Below are positions 18,400 through 28,245 of a DNA stretch of 64,000 nt, in pieces. Both the position numbers and the translations under genes were made by a program. Every line of letters begins with the position of its first letter. Positions within the stretch are counted from its first letter, which is position 1. The notes beneath the pieces were generated by a model that saw nothing but the letters and a program-made list of their open reading frames with translations, did not search any database and was not told where the DNA came from. The stretch comes from Lachnospiraceae bacterium (GTDB lineage: Bacteria; Bacillota; Clostridia; Lachnospirales; Lachnospiraceae), in the NCBI GenBank assembly GCA_017935565.1, contig JAGBHK010000021.1:39681-103680 (forward strand), given 5' to 3'.

Positions 18400-19088
18400 T
18401 TAATCTTCCTTTCCCTCTTGAGTCTTTTTCTGACCAACTTTATTTTCTGTACCATTCATTAATCTTACAATATTTGCTTTATGTCTAACAACTGAAAGAA
18501 TTGCAAGAAATAGTACTAATAAGTAACATTCAACTAAATATTCACTCATTGAATCCATTCCCCAAAGAATGTCTGCCTGTGTAAAAACAACTATCTGAAT
18601 AAAAAATGAAACAAGCAATACCATTGAGCCAACTGAAACATATTTTGTAATATAAACCACAAGGGCAAATACAATTATTGAAATAATCCACATTCTAACA
18701 TCAAGAGTTGCACCTATAACGCCAGATGATGCGGCAATTCCTTTTCCACCCTTAAATCCCATATAAAATGGGAAATTATGTCCAAGTATTACACCAACAC
18801 AAGTATACATCATAATTAAAAATGCAAAATCTTCACTTGTATCAAGTATGACACCACACACTACGAATCTCATAAGACAACCTGAAATCATGGCTTTCAA
18901 CATATCCCCGCGTATGTCATAATTCCAGCCTTTTTGCCGAGAACTCTCATGGCATTTGTTGTACCTGCATTGCCACTACCATGTTCTCTAATGTCAATAC
19001 CTTTCATCTTGCCATAAATATATCCGGTATTAAACAATCCGAAAAAATAACCAACCACAATGGCCATAACTCTTAATAAAATTTCCAT
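18400..19088 (-). pseudogene. plsY: Glycerol-3-phosphate acyltransferase PlsY, interrupted by a -1 frameshift
   Basis: ORF 18897..19115 carries MEILL...REHGSGNAGTTNAMRVLGKKAGIMTYAGIC*. ORF 18400..18903 continues as MLKAMISGCL...GHNFPFYMGFKGGKGIA.... The junction aligns with B. subtilis LGVKAGSVVIAGDILKG. One extra G in GCGGGGAT (CCCC at 18906-18909 on the plus strand) would restore a single frame. ATG at 19088 has AAGGAG upstream. Confidence 0.85.
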
Positions 19089-19089
19089 T

Positions 19090-20418
19090 TTACTGCTCCT
19101 TTTCTTTTCTTTCACGTATTATAAATCTAAGAGGTGTTCCTTTGAAAAGAAAAGCTTCTCTTATCTTGTTTTCAATATATCTCGTATATGAGAAATGCAT
19201 TAATTCTTTATCATTTACAAAAATAACAAACGTTGGTGGTTTAACTGAAACCTGAGTAATATAATAAAGTTTAAGTCTCTTACCCTTGTCTGAAGGTGGC
19301 TGCTGCATTGCAACTGCCTCCGCCATAATTTCATTTAACACACCAGTACCAACACGCATTGCATGATTTTCAATAACAACATCAATTAAATCAAACAATT
19401 TGTTAAGTCTTTGACCTGTAAGTGCTGAAATAAATAACATTTCAGCATAAGGCATAAATGATAATGTATCTTTAATCTTATTTGTGTATTCATAAATGGT
19501 TTTATCGTTCTTTTCAACAGCATCCCATTTATTTACAACAATAATGACACCTTTACCTTTATCGTGAGCAATACCTGCAATCTTGGCATCCTGTTCTGTA
19601 ACACCTTCAACTGCATCAATCATCATAACGACAACATCTGCTCGTTCAACCGCAGTAACTGTACGAATAATCGAATATCTTTCGATTTCTTCCTTAATCT
19701 TGCTCTTTCTTCTAATACCAGCTGTATCAATAAATACATACTCGTTATCATTTCTCTTAACCACAGTATCAACCGCATCTCTTGTTGTACCTGCAATATT
19801 TGAAACAATAAGTCTGTTTTCACCTAAAAGTTTGTTTATAAGTGAAGATTTACCAACATTTGGCTTACCAATAATGGCAACTCTTGGTCTTTCATCTTCC
19901 TCATCAGCGCCTTCTATATCTGCAAAATGTTTTGTAACTTCATCAAGCATATCGCCAAGACCTTGCTTACCTACAGCTGATACTGGGAATGGGTCGCCAA
20001 GACCTAAATTATAGAATTCATAAACATCTGCCTGTTGTTTTGCAAAGTTATCAACCTTGTTTACAACTAAAACAATAGGTTTATTACTTCTTCTAAGCAT
20101 ATCAGCAACCTTGCCATCACTATCCACAAGACCTTGCTTAACATCAACCATAAACATAATTACATCTGCTGTTGCAATGGCGATCTCAGCCTGCTCTCTC
20201 ATCTGCGACAAAATAATGTCTTTAGAGTCTGGCTCAATACCGCCTGTATCAATCATTGTAAATGATTTATCAAGCCATGTAATATCTGCATAAATACGGT
20301 CTCTAGTTACGCCAGGTGTGTCCTTTACTATTGAAATGTTTTCTCCTGCCAATGCATTGAACAATGTTGATTTACCAACATTTGGACGTCCAACTATGGC
20401 TACAACTGGTTTACTCAT
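19090..20418 (-). CDS. der: Ribosome biogenesis GTPase Der (EngA)
   Basis: Two GTPase domains (GRPNVGKST and GKPNVGKSS) plus a KH-like C-terminus. Start taken at MSKPVV (GGAGG upstream) rather than at the longer ORF-track start. Confidence 0.95.
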   Translation of the reverse strand: MSKPVVAIVGRPNVGKSTLFNALAGENISIVKDTPGVTRDRIYADITWLDKSFTMIDTGGIEPDSKDIILSQMREQAEIAIATADVIMFMVDVKQGLVDSDGKVADMLRRSNKPIVLVVNKVDNFAKQQADVYEFYNLGLGDPFPVSAVGKQGLGDMLDEVTKHFADIEGADEEDERPRVAIIGKPNVGKSSLINKLLGENRLIVSNIAGTTRDAVDTVVKRNDNEYVFIDTAGIRRKSKIKEEIERYSIIRTVTAVERADVVVMMIDAVEGVTEQDAKIAGIAHDKGKGVIIVVNKWDAVEKNDKTIYEYTNKIKDTLSFMPYAEMLFISALTGQRLNKLFDLIDVVIENHAMRVGTGVLNEIMAEAVAMQQPPSDKGKRLKLYYITQVSVKPPTFVIFVNDKELMHFSYTRYIENKIREAFLFKGTPLRFIIRERKEKEQ

Positions 20419-21811
20419 TTTTCCTCCATCTGTCAGGATATGCAGTGATATAAACAAAATTATCACATTCCTGATTTTTATTTATAATATTAATGTCATC
20501 TTCTAACACTGATTTTACAAAGGCTTCACCGCTATTATTTATAACATAACAAGGTGTATCAAGCGCTTTTGCAACCTCTGTCAATGTGACATCATCTAAA
20601 AATACTTCCTCACCACTTCTTACGATATTATGTGGAAGGAGTATTCTATCACCTAGTTCCTTACCCTTTAACTGATTAATTATATCTCCACCTGTAATAA
20701 GACCTGAAACTGTAATCGTTTCGCCAAAGAAATCGTTTCTTATGGCATATACATTAATATTAACATTTTTATACAGTTTCATAATTTTTTCCGAAAAGTC
20801 TTTAATCATACCAAAGGCTAGTCTACCTGTTACAATGGATACATTTCGCTGTCTATCATCACCCTGTAAGGTGTTATAATATTCCTCGAATTCATCCATT
20901 AATAATCTCATCATACCAACGCCATTTTCCAACTGAATATATCCATCGTAAGTTTCTTCCTTCGGAAACTCTCTTTCGGCAAGTATGTAAAACTCATCGC
21001 TTGCATGAATGAAATGTAAGCCATACTCATCAAAAAACTTCTTTTGATATTTTTCAATGGTATCAATGACTTCAATGGCATCTTCCTTTGTAAACAATTC
21101 CAAAGGATACAAGCCTTCACGGTATTTTGTAAGCCCTGCAGGAACAACTGATACACTCCTCATAAATGGCAGATTCTTTGATAAATCTTCAATAGAACGG
21201 ACAAGCTCGTCCTTATCATTGACTCCTTTACACAAAACAATCTGACCATTCATCTCAATGCAAGCCTCTCTTAACCTTTCAATCTTGTCCAATGCATCTC
21301 CTGCAAAGCGATTATTAAGCATTTTGCATCTTAATTCCTTATTGGTTGTCTGTACAGAAATATTTATCGGACATAAGTGATATTTAATAATTCTATCAAT
21401 ATCTTTGTCCTTCATATTAGTCAAGGTTATGTAATTCCCCTGCAAAAATGATAATCTTGAATCATCATCCTTAAAATACAGCGTCTCTCTCATTCCCTTT
21501 GGCATCTGGTCAATGAAGCAGAAAATACACTTATTGGTGCAAGATTTATATTCGTCCATAAGGCTTTGCTCAAATTCAATACCTAAATCTTCATCATAGT
21601 CCTTATAAACTTCTAAAATCCACTCCTCACCATTCTCCTTGATAACAGTTAATTCGATATATTCATCATTAATCATATAATGATAATCAAATACATCTTC
21701 AATGATGTCATCACCTATTTTCATAAGTCTGTCACCACTTTGTAATTCAAGTTCTTCGGCTATGGAATTTTCTTTAACACTCTTAATCAGATGTCCGTTA
21801 TATTTCCTCAA
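20411..21811 (-). CDS. DUF512-type radical SAM protein with N-terminal PDZ-like domain
   Basis: 466 aa. CTNKCIFC (CX3CX2C) cluster. Lies immediately upstream of der, as is common in Clostridia. Confidence 0.8.
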   Translation of the reverse strand: MRKYNGHLIKSVKENSIAEELELQSGDRLMKIGDDIIEDVFDYHYMINDEYIELTVIKENGEEWILEVYKDYDEDLGIEFEQSLMDEYKSCTNKCIFCFIDQMPKGMRETLYFKDDDSRLSFLQGNYITLTNMKDKDIDRIIKYHLCPINISVQTTNKELRCKMLNNRFAGDALDKIERLREACIEMNGQIVLCKGVNDKDELVRSIEDLSKNLPFMRSVSVVPAGLTKYREGLYPLELFTKEDAIEVIDTIEKYQKKFFDEYGLHFIHASDEFYILAEREFPKEETYDGYIQLENGVGMMRLLMDEFEEYYNTLQGDDRQRNVSIVTGRLAFGMIKDFSEKIMKLYKNVNINVYAIRNDFFGETITVSGLITGGDIINQLKGKELGDRILLPHNIVRSGEEVFLDDVTLTEVAKALDTPCYVINNSGEAFVKSVLEDDINIINKNQECDNFVYITAYPDRWRKNE

Positions 21812-21886
21812 TTTAAACAGTTCCTTTCGGTAGTCAACAAACTAATTGTGACTAAAATATTCCCACATTAATTTATACCAAAATCC

Positions 21887-21915
21887 CTTGCTATAGTCAA
21901 GGAATTAAAGTATAA
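21887..21915 (+). promoter_or_regulatory. Putative sigma-A promoter of yraN
   Basis: TTGCTA (21887-21892), 17-nt spacer, TATAAT (21910-21915). Confidence 0.5.
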
Positions 21916-21943
21916 TAAATCATCGAAATTTCTTTAAAAATCT

Positions 21944-22336
21944 ATGAAAAATAACGAAAGTGAACTATATATGACTAATATCATTCAAAAAAACGCAAGA
22001 AAAACAGGAACAATTATTGAAAACGCAGTCTGCGAATACTTAAAATCAAAGGGATACACTATAATCATGCAAAATTATAGATGTAAACTCGGAGAAATCG
22101 ATATAATTGCAAAAGAAGATGATGTTCTAGTATTTATTGAAGTTAAATACAGAAAAAATGTGACCTCTGGATATCCTGAAGAATCAGTTAATTTTACAAA
22201 ACAGCGAAAAATCATCAACTCTTCTCTTAAATATATCCAAGAAAATCACATTTTTCTTAATACTAACTTTAGATATGATGTTGTTTCCATCACAGGAAAT
22301 AAAGTTAAAATAATACGCAATGCATTTACTTTGTAG
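21944..22336 (+). CDS. yraN: YraN family (UPF0102) endonuclease-like protein
   Basis: GEIDIIAKEDDVLVFIEVKYR core motif. The real start may be ATG at 21971 (MTNIIQ...). Confidence 0.85.
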   Translation: MKNNESELYMTNIIQKNARKTGTIIENAVCEYLKSKGYTIIMQNYRCKLGEIDIIAKEDDVLVFIEVKYRKNVTSGYPEESVNFTKQRKIINSSLKYIQENHIFLNTNFRYDVVSITGNKVKIIRNAFTL

Positions 22337-23390
22337 TTAAATCCTTAAATGCAATATTTAAATCACATTCGCCTTCAATTCCTTCAACTATGCCAGTGCA
22401 AGAATACTGCCAAATAGCCAATTCATAAGGGAAATACAATTCATAGTCATAGTAGGCAAACCATTTTTCATAGTCCGCAACTTCCTCATAATCTACCATT
22501 GAAAACATGGTTGCAAGATTACCATATAACATAGGTGTATAGCCAGCTTCCTTTATACGTTCGCAAAAGGCTTGAACTATTTTTACACGTTCTTCCTTAG
22601 TAAGATTCTTTGTTCTTGCAATGTCATCATTTACCTTTTCAAGGTCAAAGGCAACCGGATAATTTATATCATAATCCTTTAATATATCAATAACAAAATC
22701 CGCTTCTTCTATAGCCTCTGCTTCATTTATTGCCTGAGTATAAAAATACACACCTGTCTTAATACCATTATTTAAAGAACCTTCAAGGTTTTGTCTTGCC
22801 TTTTCATCTTCTTTTATAACGCCAGTTTCATAGCCTCTATAACCAACTCTTACAAATGAAAAATCAATTCCAGATGCAGCAACTGCCTCCCAATCAATAT
22901 CCCCTTGAAACTTAGATACATCAATACCTTTGAATGATTCAAAATCACCATCTCTATATGTTACAGTATAGGTTGATAAATCTTTGTCATTAACGATAAA
23001 TTTATCTTTATTAAGCGTATTTAAAGGAAATTCCTTATTAATTGGTTCAAATACATATTCACCTTCATAAGTGTATACAATATCATCCTTGAAAATCTTT
23101 CTTAATGTAGGATTCACGCCGTTTCCAGAAAGGAGCCCCTCTTTTATAGCCTCAAGCAATGTATCATATCCCTTGTCGTAGCCATTTTCCATGCATATTG
23201 CAGCAATATTTTTAATCTCCTCTTCAGAATATACCAAATTAGCATCAGCATTAGCTTCAACTACTTCCCCTGTTTCTTTAGAATCATTCTTAACTAATTT
23301 GTAAATCATAAATCCATTACAAGCTAGTGTCATAATTAACATAATTACAATAATAATATTAAATATAGGTTTTTTCTTCTTTTCTTCCAT
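22326..23390 (-). CDS. Membrane-anchored GH25 muramidase (lysozyme)
   Basis: 354 aa. N-terminal TM. C-terminal GH25 pattern GIDVSKFQGDIDWEAVAASGIDFSFVRVGYRG. Confidence 0.85.
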   Translation of the reverse strand: MEEKKKKPIFNIIIVIMLIMTLACNGFMIYKLVKNDSKETGEVVEANADANLVYSEEEIKNIAAICMENGYDKGYDTLLEAIKEGLLSGNGVNPTLRKIFKDDIVYTYEGEYVFEPINKEFPLNTLNKDKFIVNDKDLSTYTVTYRDGDFESFKGIDVSKFQGDIDWEAVAASGIDFSFVRVGYRGYETGVIKEDEKARQNLEGSLNNGIKTGVYFYTQAINEAEAIEEADFVIDILKDYDINYPVAFDLEKVNDDIARTKNLTKEERVKIVQAFCERIKEAGYTPMLYGNLATMFSMVDYEEVADYEKWFAYYDYELYFPYELAIWQYSCTGIVEGIEGECDLNIAFKDLTTK

Positions 23391-23399
23391 TTGTACTCC

Positions 23400-23693
23400 T
23401 TACTTCATTTTACTTCGAATTTTATCCATTCTGTCTACAAATACTAATACTTCCGCAACAACTCCATATAATTCGGGTGGAATCATCTCCCCAAGTTCAA
23501 GTTTTGACAATGTTTTCGCCAACTTTTCATCCTCATACACAGGAACATCTGCTTCCTTAGCCTTATCTAAAATCTTTTCAGCAAGCACACCGCGTCCTGT
23601 AGCTATAACTTTAGGCGCCTGTTCGTCCGGATCATAAGTCAATGCGACAGCAACTTTATTAAGTTTTTCATTTTCATTCTTATGCTCTGACAT
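23400..23693 (-). CDS. ylqH: FlhB C-terminal-domain-like protein (YlqH-like, EscU/YscU/HrcU family)
   Basis: 97 aa. APKVIATGRGVLAEKILDKAKEADVPVYEDEKLAKTL...PPELYGVVAEVLVFV is the FlhB C-terminal pattern. The position downstream of rnhB mirrors B. subtilis ylqG-ylqH. Confidence 0.85.
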   Translation of the reverse strand: MSEHKNENEKLNKVAVALTYDPDEQAPKVIATGRGVLAEKILDKAKEADVPVYEDEKLAKTLSKLELGEMIPPELYGVVAEVLVFVDRMDKIRSKMK

Positions 23694-25338
23694 CCAATGT
23701 GTACCTCTTTATAAAACTCTTTGGTTCTTCAAGTTGCATTACTTTTTCAAATGGCGATAATTGCTCACTTGCAGTTTCCCTATTAACCTCTTCAATTAAA
23801 ACCGTCGCTTCATAACCTTTTTCTTCTAATCGTTTCTTAAGTTCTGGCAAATGTTCTTCAACAATATCTTGAGAAACTGTATCTTCCAATGTAAATTTGG
23901 TTGTTAACTGCCCCTTTTCAAGTCGAATATTAACATCTGTAACTCCTAAATTTTCCATATCGAGATGTAAAAATGCAGTTAATACATCAGAATCATTGAC
24001 TTTACCTTTATGTCTGTTCATGACATATAATTCACCATGTGCTTCACTTTCATTGAATTTCACTGGTATTTGAACATATAATGCCATATTATTTAAATCA
24101 TTCATAAAATTAAGATTAGCCTTAATATTATTTACATTTTTATATAGTGCAGATTTCTCCAATCCCGCATTTTCAAGAAGATTCATAAGACGTTCAGATT
24201 TATTCTCAACCTCTTTATAGTATTTCTCAAGTTCAGCTTTTATCTCATCTTCAGGCTTTTCTAAAATTGATTCATCAAGCAATAACGACTTTTCAATAGT
24301 TTTCTTTAAAACTTCCTTAAATTCTTCTGTAAAAATCTGATTCGTATTATTTTGCGGCATTAGTTTTTCAGTGACATTTTCCTTTAATACAACTGTATCT
24401 TCTGCATTTTCAGAAGCAACTTCTACATGATTTTTTAATTGTTCGTTAACTGCCTGCTCCGTATTTTGTTGCTTTACACTATCAGTAAGTTGAGAATCAA
24501 CTTGAGAAATACTCTGCTCACTTATAGGCTCATCCATTTGACTGATTTGAGCATCTATTTGATTACCATTTAGAGATAATTCAGTTTTATGCTGCTCATA
24601 CAAAGATTCTAATGAAAAACTTTCATCTCCTGTCAGCGTCTTAAGTATGCTATCAGCCAATTTTAGCATACTTTCCGTATTATTTCCTTCATCAAAATTT
24701 ACCAATGTATCGACTATATCATTTGTAATAGACTGAAAATTATTAAGCAATTTATTGTTATTTTCAACATAATTATTAAATTGAGAAACATTATCAGATG
24801 TTATCGGAATATCATGTTTATACATACTTACAGCACCTTTAACATCAAGTTCTGTAAAACTGTTCAAATTACTTACCAATGTTTTGATTGTGTTTTTATC
24901 AACAGGTTGACCATTATCAACCAATTCTTTTACAAGTGCGATATTTCTCTCGTTCACTGGTACGTTTGCAGATTCTAAGGCAGACATTAACATATTAAGA
25001 CCATTACTTGAATTACCTTCAGAAATAGCCTTAACTAACATACTCACACCTGTATTACTTTCAACTCTAAAATTTAAAATATCTCCAATATTTAACGAAA
25101 CACCAGCCTGCGTTCTGGCATTTAGAATATTATTTCCAGATAACAATATCTTTACAGCATTATTTCTAACATCCAAAACTTCGCCTTTAAACACACTGCC
25201 TTCCTTCAATGCAGCAATATAATCCGGCAAATTACTTATTTTACCGGATATCGCAGGTTTACCTTCTGAAACCTTATTATCAATATTTTTATTAAATCCA
25301 AAGTTATTGTTTAGAAAAATACTCACACTAATCTCCAT
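23680..25338 (-). CDS. FliK-like (flagellar hook-length control domain) / YlqG-like protein
   Basis: 552 aa. Gln/Asn/Ser-rich middle. C-terminal region LHLDMENLGVTDVNIRLEKGQLTTKFTLE resembles the FliK C-terminal domain. The likely true start is GTG at 25324-25326 with GGAG 6 nt upstream. Confidence 0.6.
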   Translation of the reverse strand: MEISVSIFLNNNFGFNKNIDNKVSEGKPAISGKISNLPDYIAALKEGSVFKGEVLDVRNNAVKILLSGNNILNARTQAGVSLNIGDILNFRVESNTGVSMLVKAISEGNSSNGLNMLMSALESANVPVNERNIALVKELVDNGQPVDKNTIKTLVSNLNSFTELDVKGAVSMYKHDIPITSDNVSQFNNYVENNNKLLNNFQSITNDIVDTLVNFDEGNNTESMLKLADSILKTLTGDESFSLESLYEQHKTELSLNGNQIDAQISQMDEPISEQSISQVDSQLTDSVKQQNTEQAVNEQLKNHVEVASENAEDTVVLKENVTEKLMPQNNTNQIFTEEFKEVLKKTIEKSLLLDESILEKPEDEIKAELEKYYKEVENKSERLMNLLENAGLEKSALYKNVNNIKANLNFMNDLNNMALYVQIPVKFNESEAHGELYVMNRHKGKVNDSDVLTAFLHLDMENLGVTDVNIRLEKGQLTTKFTLEDTVSQDIVEEHLPELKKRLEEKGYEATVLIEEVNRETASEQLSPFEKVMQLEEPKSFIKRYTLDVRA

Positions 25339-25480
25339 TCCGAAGCGTAGCGTAGGAATCGCGCAACAGAAAGTCGCTTATGCGATTTCTGTTGTCGCAT
25401 CAAGGCTCTTTTGTGACGCTTCGGCACAAAAAGCCGTGTGAAAAATCAGCACATCGGTGTGATTTTTCACACTAATCTCC
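25337..25480. repeat. 144-bp GC-rich structured insertion flanked by 14-bp direct repeats TCACACTAATCTCC
   Basis: Direct repeats at 25323-25336 and 25467-25480. Nested hairpins: outer ccgaagcgt (25340-48)/acgcttcgg (25416-24), inner 25361-25398, and gtgtgaaaaatca (25436-48)/tgatttttcacac (25460-72). The last is followed by GGCTTTTT on the minus strand and is a possible rnhB terminator. Confidence 0.6.
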
Positions 25481-25490
25481 CTTTTATCTT

Positions 25491-26243
25491 CTATACAAAA
25501 TTCTTAGTAAAACTTCTTCTATGAATTTCGCAAAGTCCCATTTCCTTTATTCCTTCAATGTGGCTTGCTGAACCATAACCTTTATTACTAGCAAAATCAT
25601 ATCCAGGATACTCTTTATCAAGTTCAACCATCATTCTGTCTCTTGTAACTTTTGCAATAATGCTGGCAGCAGCTATAGATACACTCTTTGCATCACCCTT
25701 GATAATCGGAACCTGTTTAATATCAACAAGTGGAATAGTAACCGCGTCATTTAATAAAACATCTGGTTTTACAGATAAATTATTAATAGCTTTTCTCATG
25801 GCACTATATGTTGCCTGCAAAATATTGAGTTCATCAATCACTTCATGACTTTCAATTCCAATACCAACCGCAATCGCTTTTTCCATTATTTCATCATATA
25901 ATTCTTCTCGCTTTTTTTCAGAAAGTTTTTTAGAATCATTTACATATAATATATCGACATCTTTTGGTAAAATTACAGCGCAAGCTACAACTGGCCCCGC
26001 TAAAGGACCACGTCCAACTTCATCAATACCGCAAACATAGCCCATATGAGCATATTCTTTCTCGAAAGTCTTCATTATTTCAATACGCTGCAATTCTTTA
26101 TGATATTTATCCAAGTGCTTATTATACTTTTCTACAATTTTCTTCACAGCACTTCTTTCATCATCTGCGTATTTACTGATTTCAGCCTCTAATAACTTTA
26201 TATCTGTGTTTTTTAGTAATTCATCAATTTCTTTTGCGTTCAT
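25491..26243 (-). CDS. rnhB: Ribonuclease HII
   Basis: 250 aa. GIDEVGRGPLAGPVVA catalytic motif and the DSKKL motif. Confidence 0.95.
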   Translation of the reverse strand: MNAKEIDELLKNTDIKLLEAEISKYADDERSAVKKIVEKYNKHLDKYHKELQRIEIMKTFEKEYAHMGYVCGIDEVGRGPLAGPVVACAVILPKDVDILYVNDSKKLSEKKREELYDEIMEKAIAVGIGIESHEVIDELNILQATYSAMRKAINNLSVKPDVLLNDAVTIPLVDIKQVPIIKGDAKSVSIAAASIIAKVTRDRMMVELDKEYPGYDFASNKGYGSASHIEGIKEMGLCEIHRRSFTKNFV

Positions 26244-26254
26244 TTCCTACTCCA

Positions 26255-26809
26255 TTACTTTATTTTTCCAAAATCAGTTATTGGTAAAATTTTATAATCT
26301 GCTCTACCAATAATAATATCCCTACTTATAGGACCAAATTTTCTACTGTCATCACTGTCATTTCTATTGTCGCCTAAAACGAAATATTCATTTTCACCTA
26401 GAACAATTTCTTCTTCGGCAACACCACAATAAAACGGCATATCCATATCGTAATAACCGTAATATTCTTCGAGAGGTTCTTCGTTAATGTATATTACGGC
26501 ATTGGAAATACGAATAATATCATTAGGCATACCAATAACTCGTTTGATATAAAATACCTCTTTCTGCATTACTTCGTTATAATGCGGAAATACAACAACA
26601 TCAAAACGTTCGATATCATTATTCTTATATTCAAGTTTATTTACAAATACACTGTCGCCATCTTCAAGTGTTGGATACATAGAATCGCCAATTATTATTG
26701 TTCTCTGTCCTAAGAAAGACAACACCCAGTATATTGCACCTAAAATAATAATTGCAAATACTAAAAATCTTATCCAATCCCAAAATGCTTCTTTTTTTCT
26801 GTTTCTCAT
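26255..26809 (-). CDS. lepB: Signal peptidase I (S26), paralog 1
   Basis: 184 aa. TM anchor, GDSMYPT (Ser), YIKRVIGMP (Lys), GDNRNDSDDSR. Confidence 0.9.
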   Translation of the reverse strand: MRNRKKEAFWDWIRFLVFAIIILGAIYWVLSFLGQRTIIIGDSMYPTLEDGDSVFVNKLEYKNNDIERFDVVVFPHYNEVMQKEVFYIKRVIGMPNDIIRISNAVIYINEEPLEEYYGYYDMDMPFYCGVAEEEIVLGENEYFVLGDNRNDSDDSRKFGPISRDIIIGRADYKILPITDFGKIK

Positions 26810-26824
26810 AATTTACTCCATAAA

Positions 26825-27382
26825 TTATTGGTATTTTAATGAACCAAAACTATTAAAATCCCAAATTCTAAATACCGCTCTGCCTAAAATCAAATCTTTT
26901 GTTATAGGTCCAAAGTTCCTGCTGTCATCACTAACATAACGATTATCTCCAATGACAAAATATTCATCCTTACCCAATTTTGTCTTTGGATAATCACTTA
27001 AATAACTAATAATATCAGGGCTTTCTCTGGCATCACTAAATGCACCATAAAATTCGTTTAAACGCTCACCATCAATGTAAATTACATTATCAATAATTTC
27101 AATTGTCTCATTAGGTAAACCTATAATTCGCTTCAAATACACATCTTTGTTATCATATACATATTTAAATGCAATTATATCGAATCGCTCATACTCATCT
27201 TCTTTTACAGTTTTATCAATAAGTATGATATCCTTATCATTTAATGCTGGTTTCATCGAATCACCATTTACCTTAATAAGCGATACCAAGCATTTGTTAA
27301 TGACAAATAAAATTGATAATACAATTACAATAGAAATCCCTAATTTTATAAATTCTTTTTTATTATCTCTAAAAAAATCCAT
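26825..27382 (-). CDS. lepB: Signal peptidase I (S26), paralog 2
   Basis: 185 aa. GDSMKPA, YLKRIIGLP, GDNRYVSDDSR. Confidence 0.9.
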   Translation of the reverse strand: MDFFRDNKKEFIKLGISIVIVLSILFVINKCLVSLIKVNGDSMKPALNDKDIILIDKTVKEDEYERFDIIAFKYVYDNKDVYLKRIIGLPNETIEIIDNVIYIDGERLNEFYGAFSDARESPDIISYLSDYPKTKLGKDEYFVIGDNRYVSDDSRNFGPITKDLILGRAVFRIWDFNSFGSLKYQ

Positions 27383-27388
27383 AATTTA

Positions 27389-28231
27389 CTACATCGGTAA
27401 CTCTAAAGTTATCCTTCCTAATCGTCCACTTCTAAAATCATCAATAAATAAGGTCGCTGCCTTATCAAAATCTAACTGATCACCTTTAAGTTTACATCCT
27501 CTTACCTTTGCAATTTCTTCTAAAATTGCAACTGGTTCAAGGTCCGCCTCTATATTGTATCTTTCTTTTAACACTGAAGGATAGTTTTCATTTAAAATTT
27601 TGATAAGTTCAAGTGCCAATTCACCTAAGTTTAATATATCATCTTTTATGGAACCTAACAATGCCAATTTTATACCAACTTGTTGGTCTTCAAATTTAGG
27701 CCATAAGATTCCTGGTGTATCCAAAAGTTCTAATGTTTTACTTAATTTAATCCATTGCTTTCCTTTTGTAACACCTGGTTTATTGCCTGTTTTTGTGCAT
27801 GCCTTTTTTGCATAAGAATTTATAAATGTAGACTTTCCTACATTTGGTATTCCAACAACCATCGCTCTTACTGGACGATTGTGAATTCCGCGTCTCTTAT
27901 CTCTTTCAATTTTTTCCTTACATGCAGTCGCAATAATCCCATTAATTTGGTTGATTCCTTTACCTGATTTAGAATTAATCTCAAGAACATGAAAACCTTT
28001 ATTTTTAAAGAATTCCATCCATTTTACATTTGCGCTCTCATCAGATAAGTCGGATTTATTTAATAATACAAGTCTAGCTTTATTTTTACCAAGAGTATCA
28101 ATATCAGGATTTCTGCTACTCATTGGGGACCTTGCATCAACAATCTCAATAACTAAATCTATTAATTTAATATCCTCTTCCATCATTCTTTTAGCTTTAG
28201 TCATATGACCAGGATACCATTGAATATTCAT
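27389..28231 (-). CDS. rbgA: Ribosome biogenesis GTPase A (YlqF/RbgA)
   Basis: 280 aa. Circularly permuted GTPase: MNIQWYPGHM, LNKSDL, GIPNVGKST. Confidence 0.95.
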   Translation of the reverse strand: MNIQWYPGHMTKAKRMMEEDIKLIDLVIEIVDARSPMSSRNPDIDTLGKNKARLVLLNKSDLSDESANVKWMEFFKNKGFHVLEINSKSGKGINQINGIIATACKEKIERDKRRGIHNRPVRAMVVGIPNVGKSTFINSYAKKACTKTGNKPGVTKGKQWIKLSKTLELLDTPGILWPKFEDQQVGIKLALLGSIKDDILNLGELALELIKILNENYPSVLKERYNIEADLEPVAILEEIAKVRGCKLKGDQLDFDKAATLFIDDFRSGRLGRITLELPM

Positions 28232-28245
28232 AATTTCACCACTTT

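Noticed and set aside
19090-20466. Long N-terminal extensions given by the ORF track for der, rplS (to 29262), pta (to 47278), tmcAL (from 49356), ylbJ (from 55002), rsmD (to 57799), the ACT protein (to 52689), the beta-helix protein (to 49441) and rpsA (to 59721).
   Set aside because: In each case an internal ATG is preceded by a strong GGAGG-type SD and begins the conserved family N-terminus. The extensions overlap upstream genes or intergenic hairpins, and some start at TTG without an SD.
25337-25466. GC-rich blocks (25337-25466, 47338-47419, 50754-50975) considered as tRNA, other small structured RNA genes or riboswitches.
   Set aside because: I could not trace a cloverleaf, anticodon arm or T-loop GTTCNANNC pattern. 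Two of the blocks lie downstream of genes or between convergent genes, not in 5' leaders. I cannot match them to any riboswitch class from memory. An Rfam scan would be needed to exclude this fully.
25380-25475. Possible 31-codon upstream ORF (minus strand, GTG after AAGGGAG at the upstream copy of the 14-mer, ending at TAA in the inner hairpin loop).
   Set aside because: It exists only because the duplicated SD-GTG was carried along with the insertion. Its sequence is dictated by hairpin arms, and I have no evidence of conservation. It is noted under the insertion finding instead.
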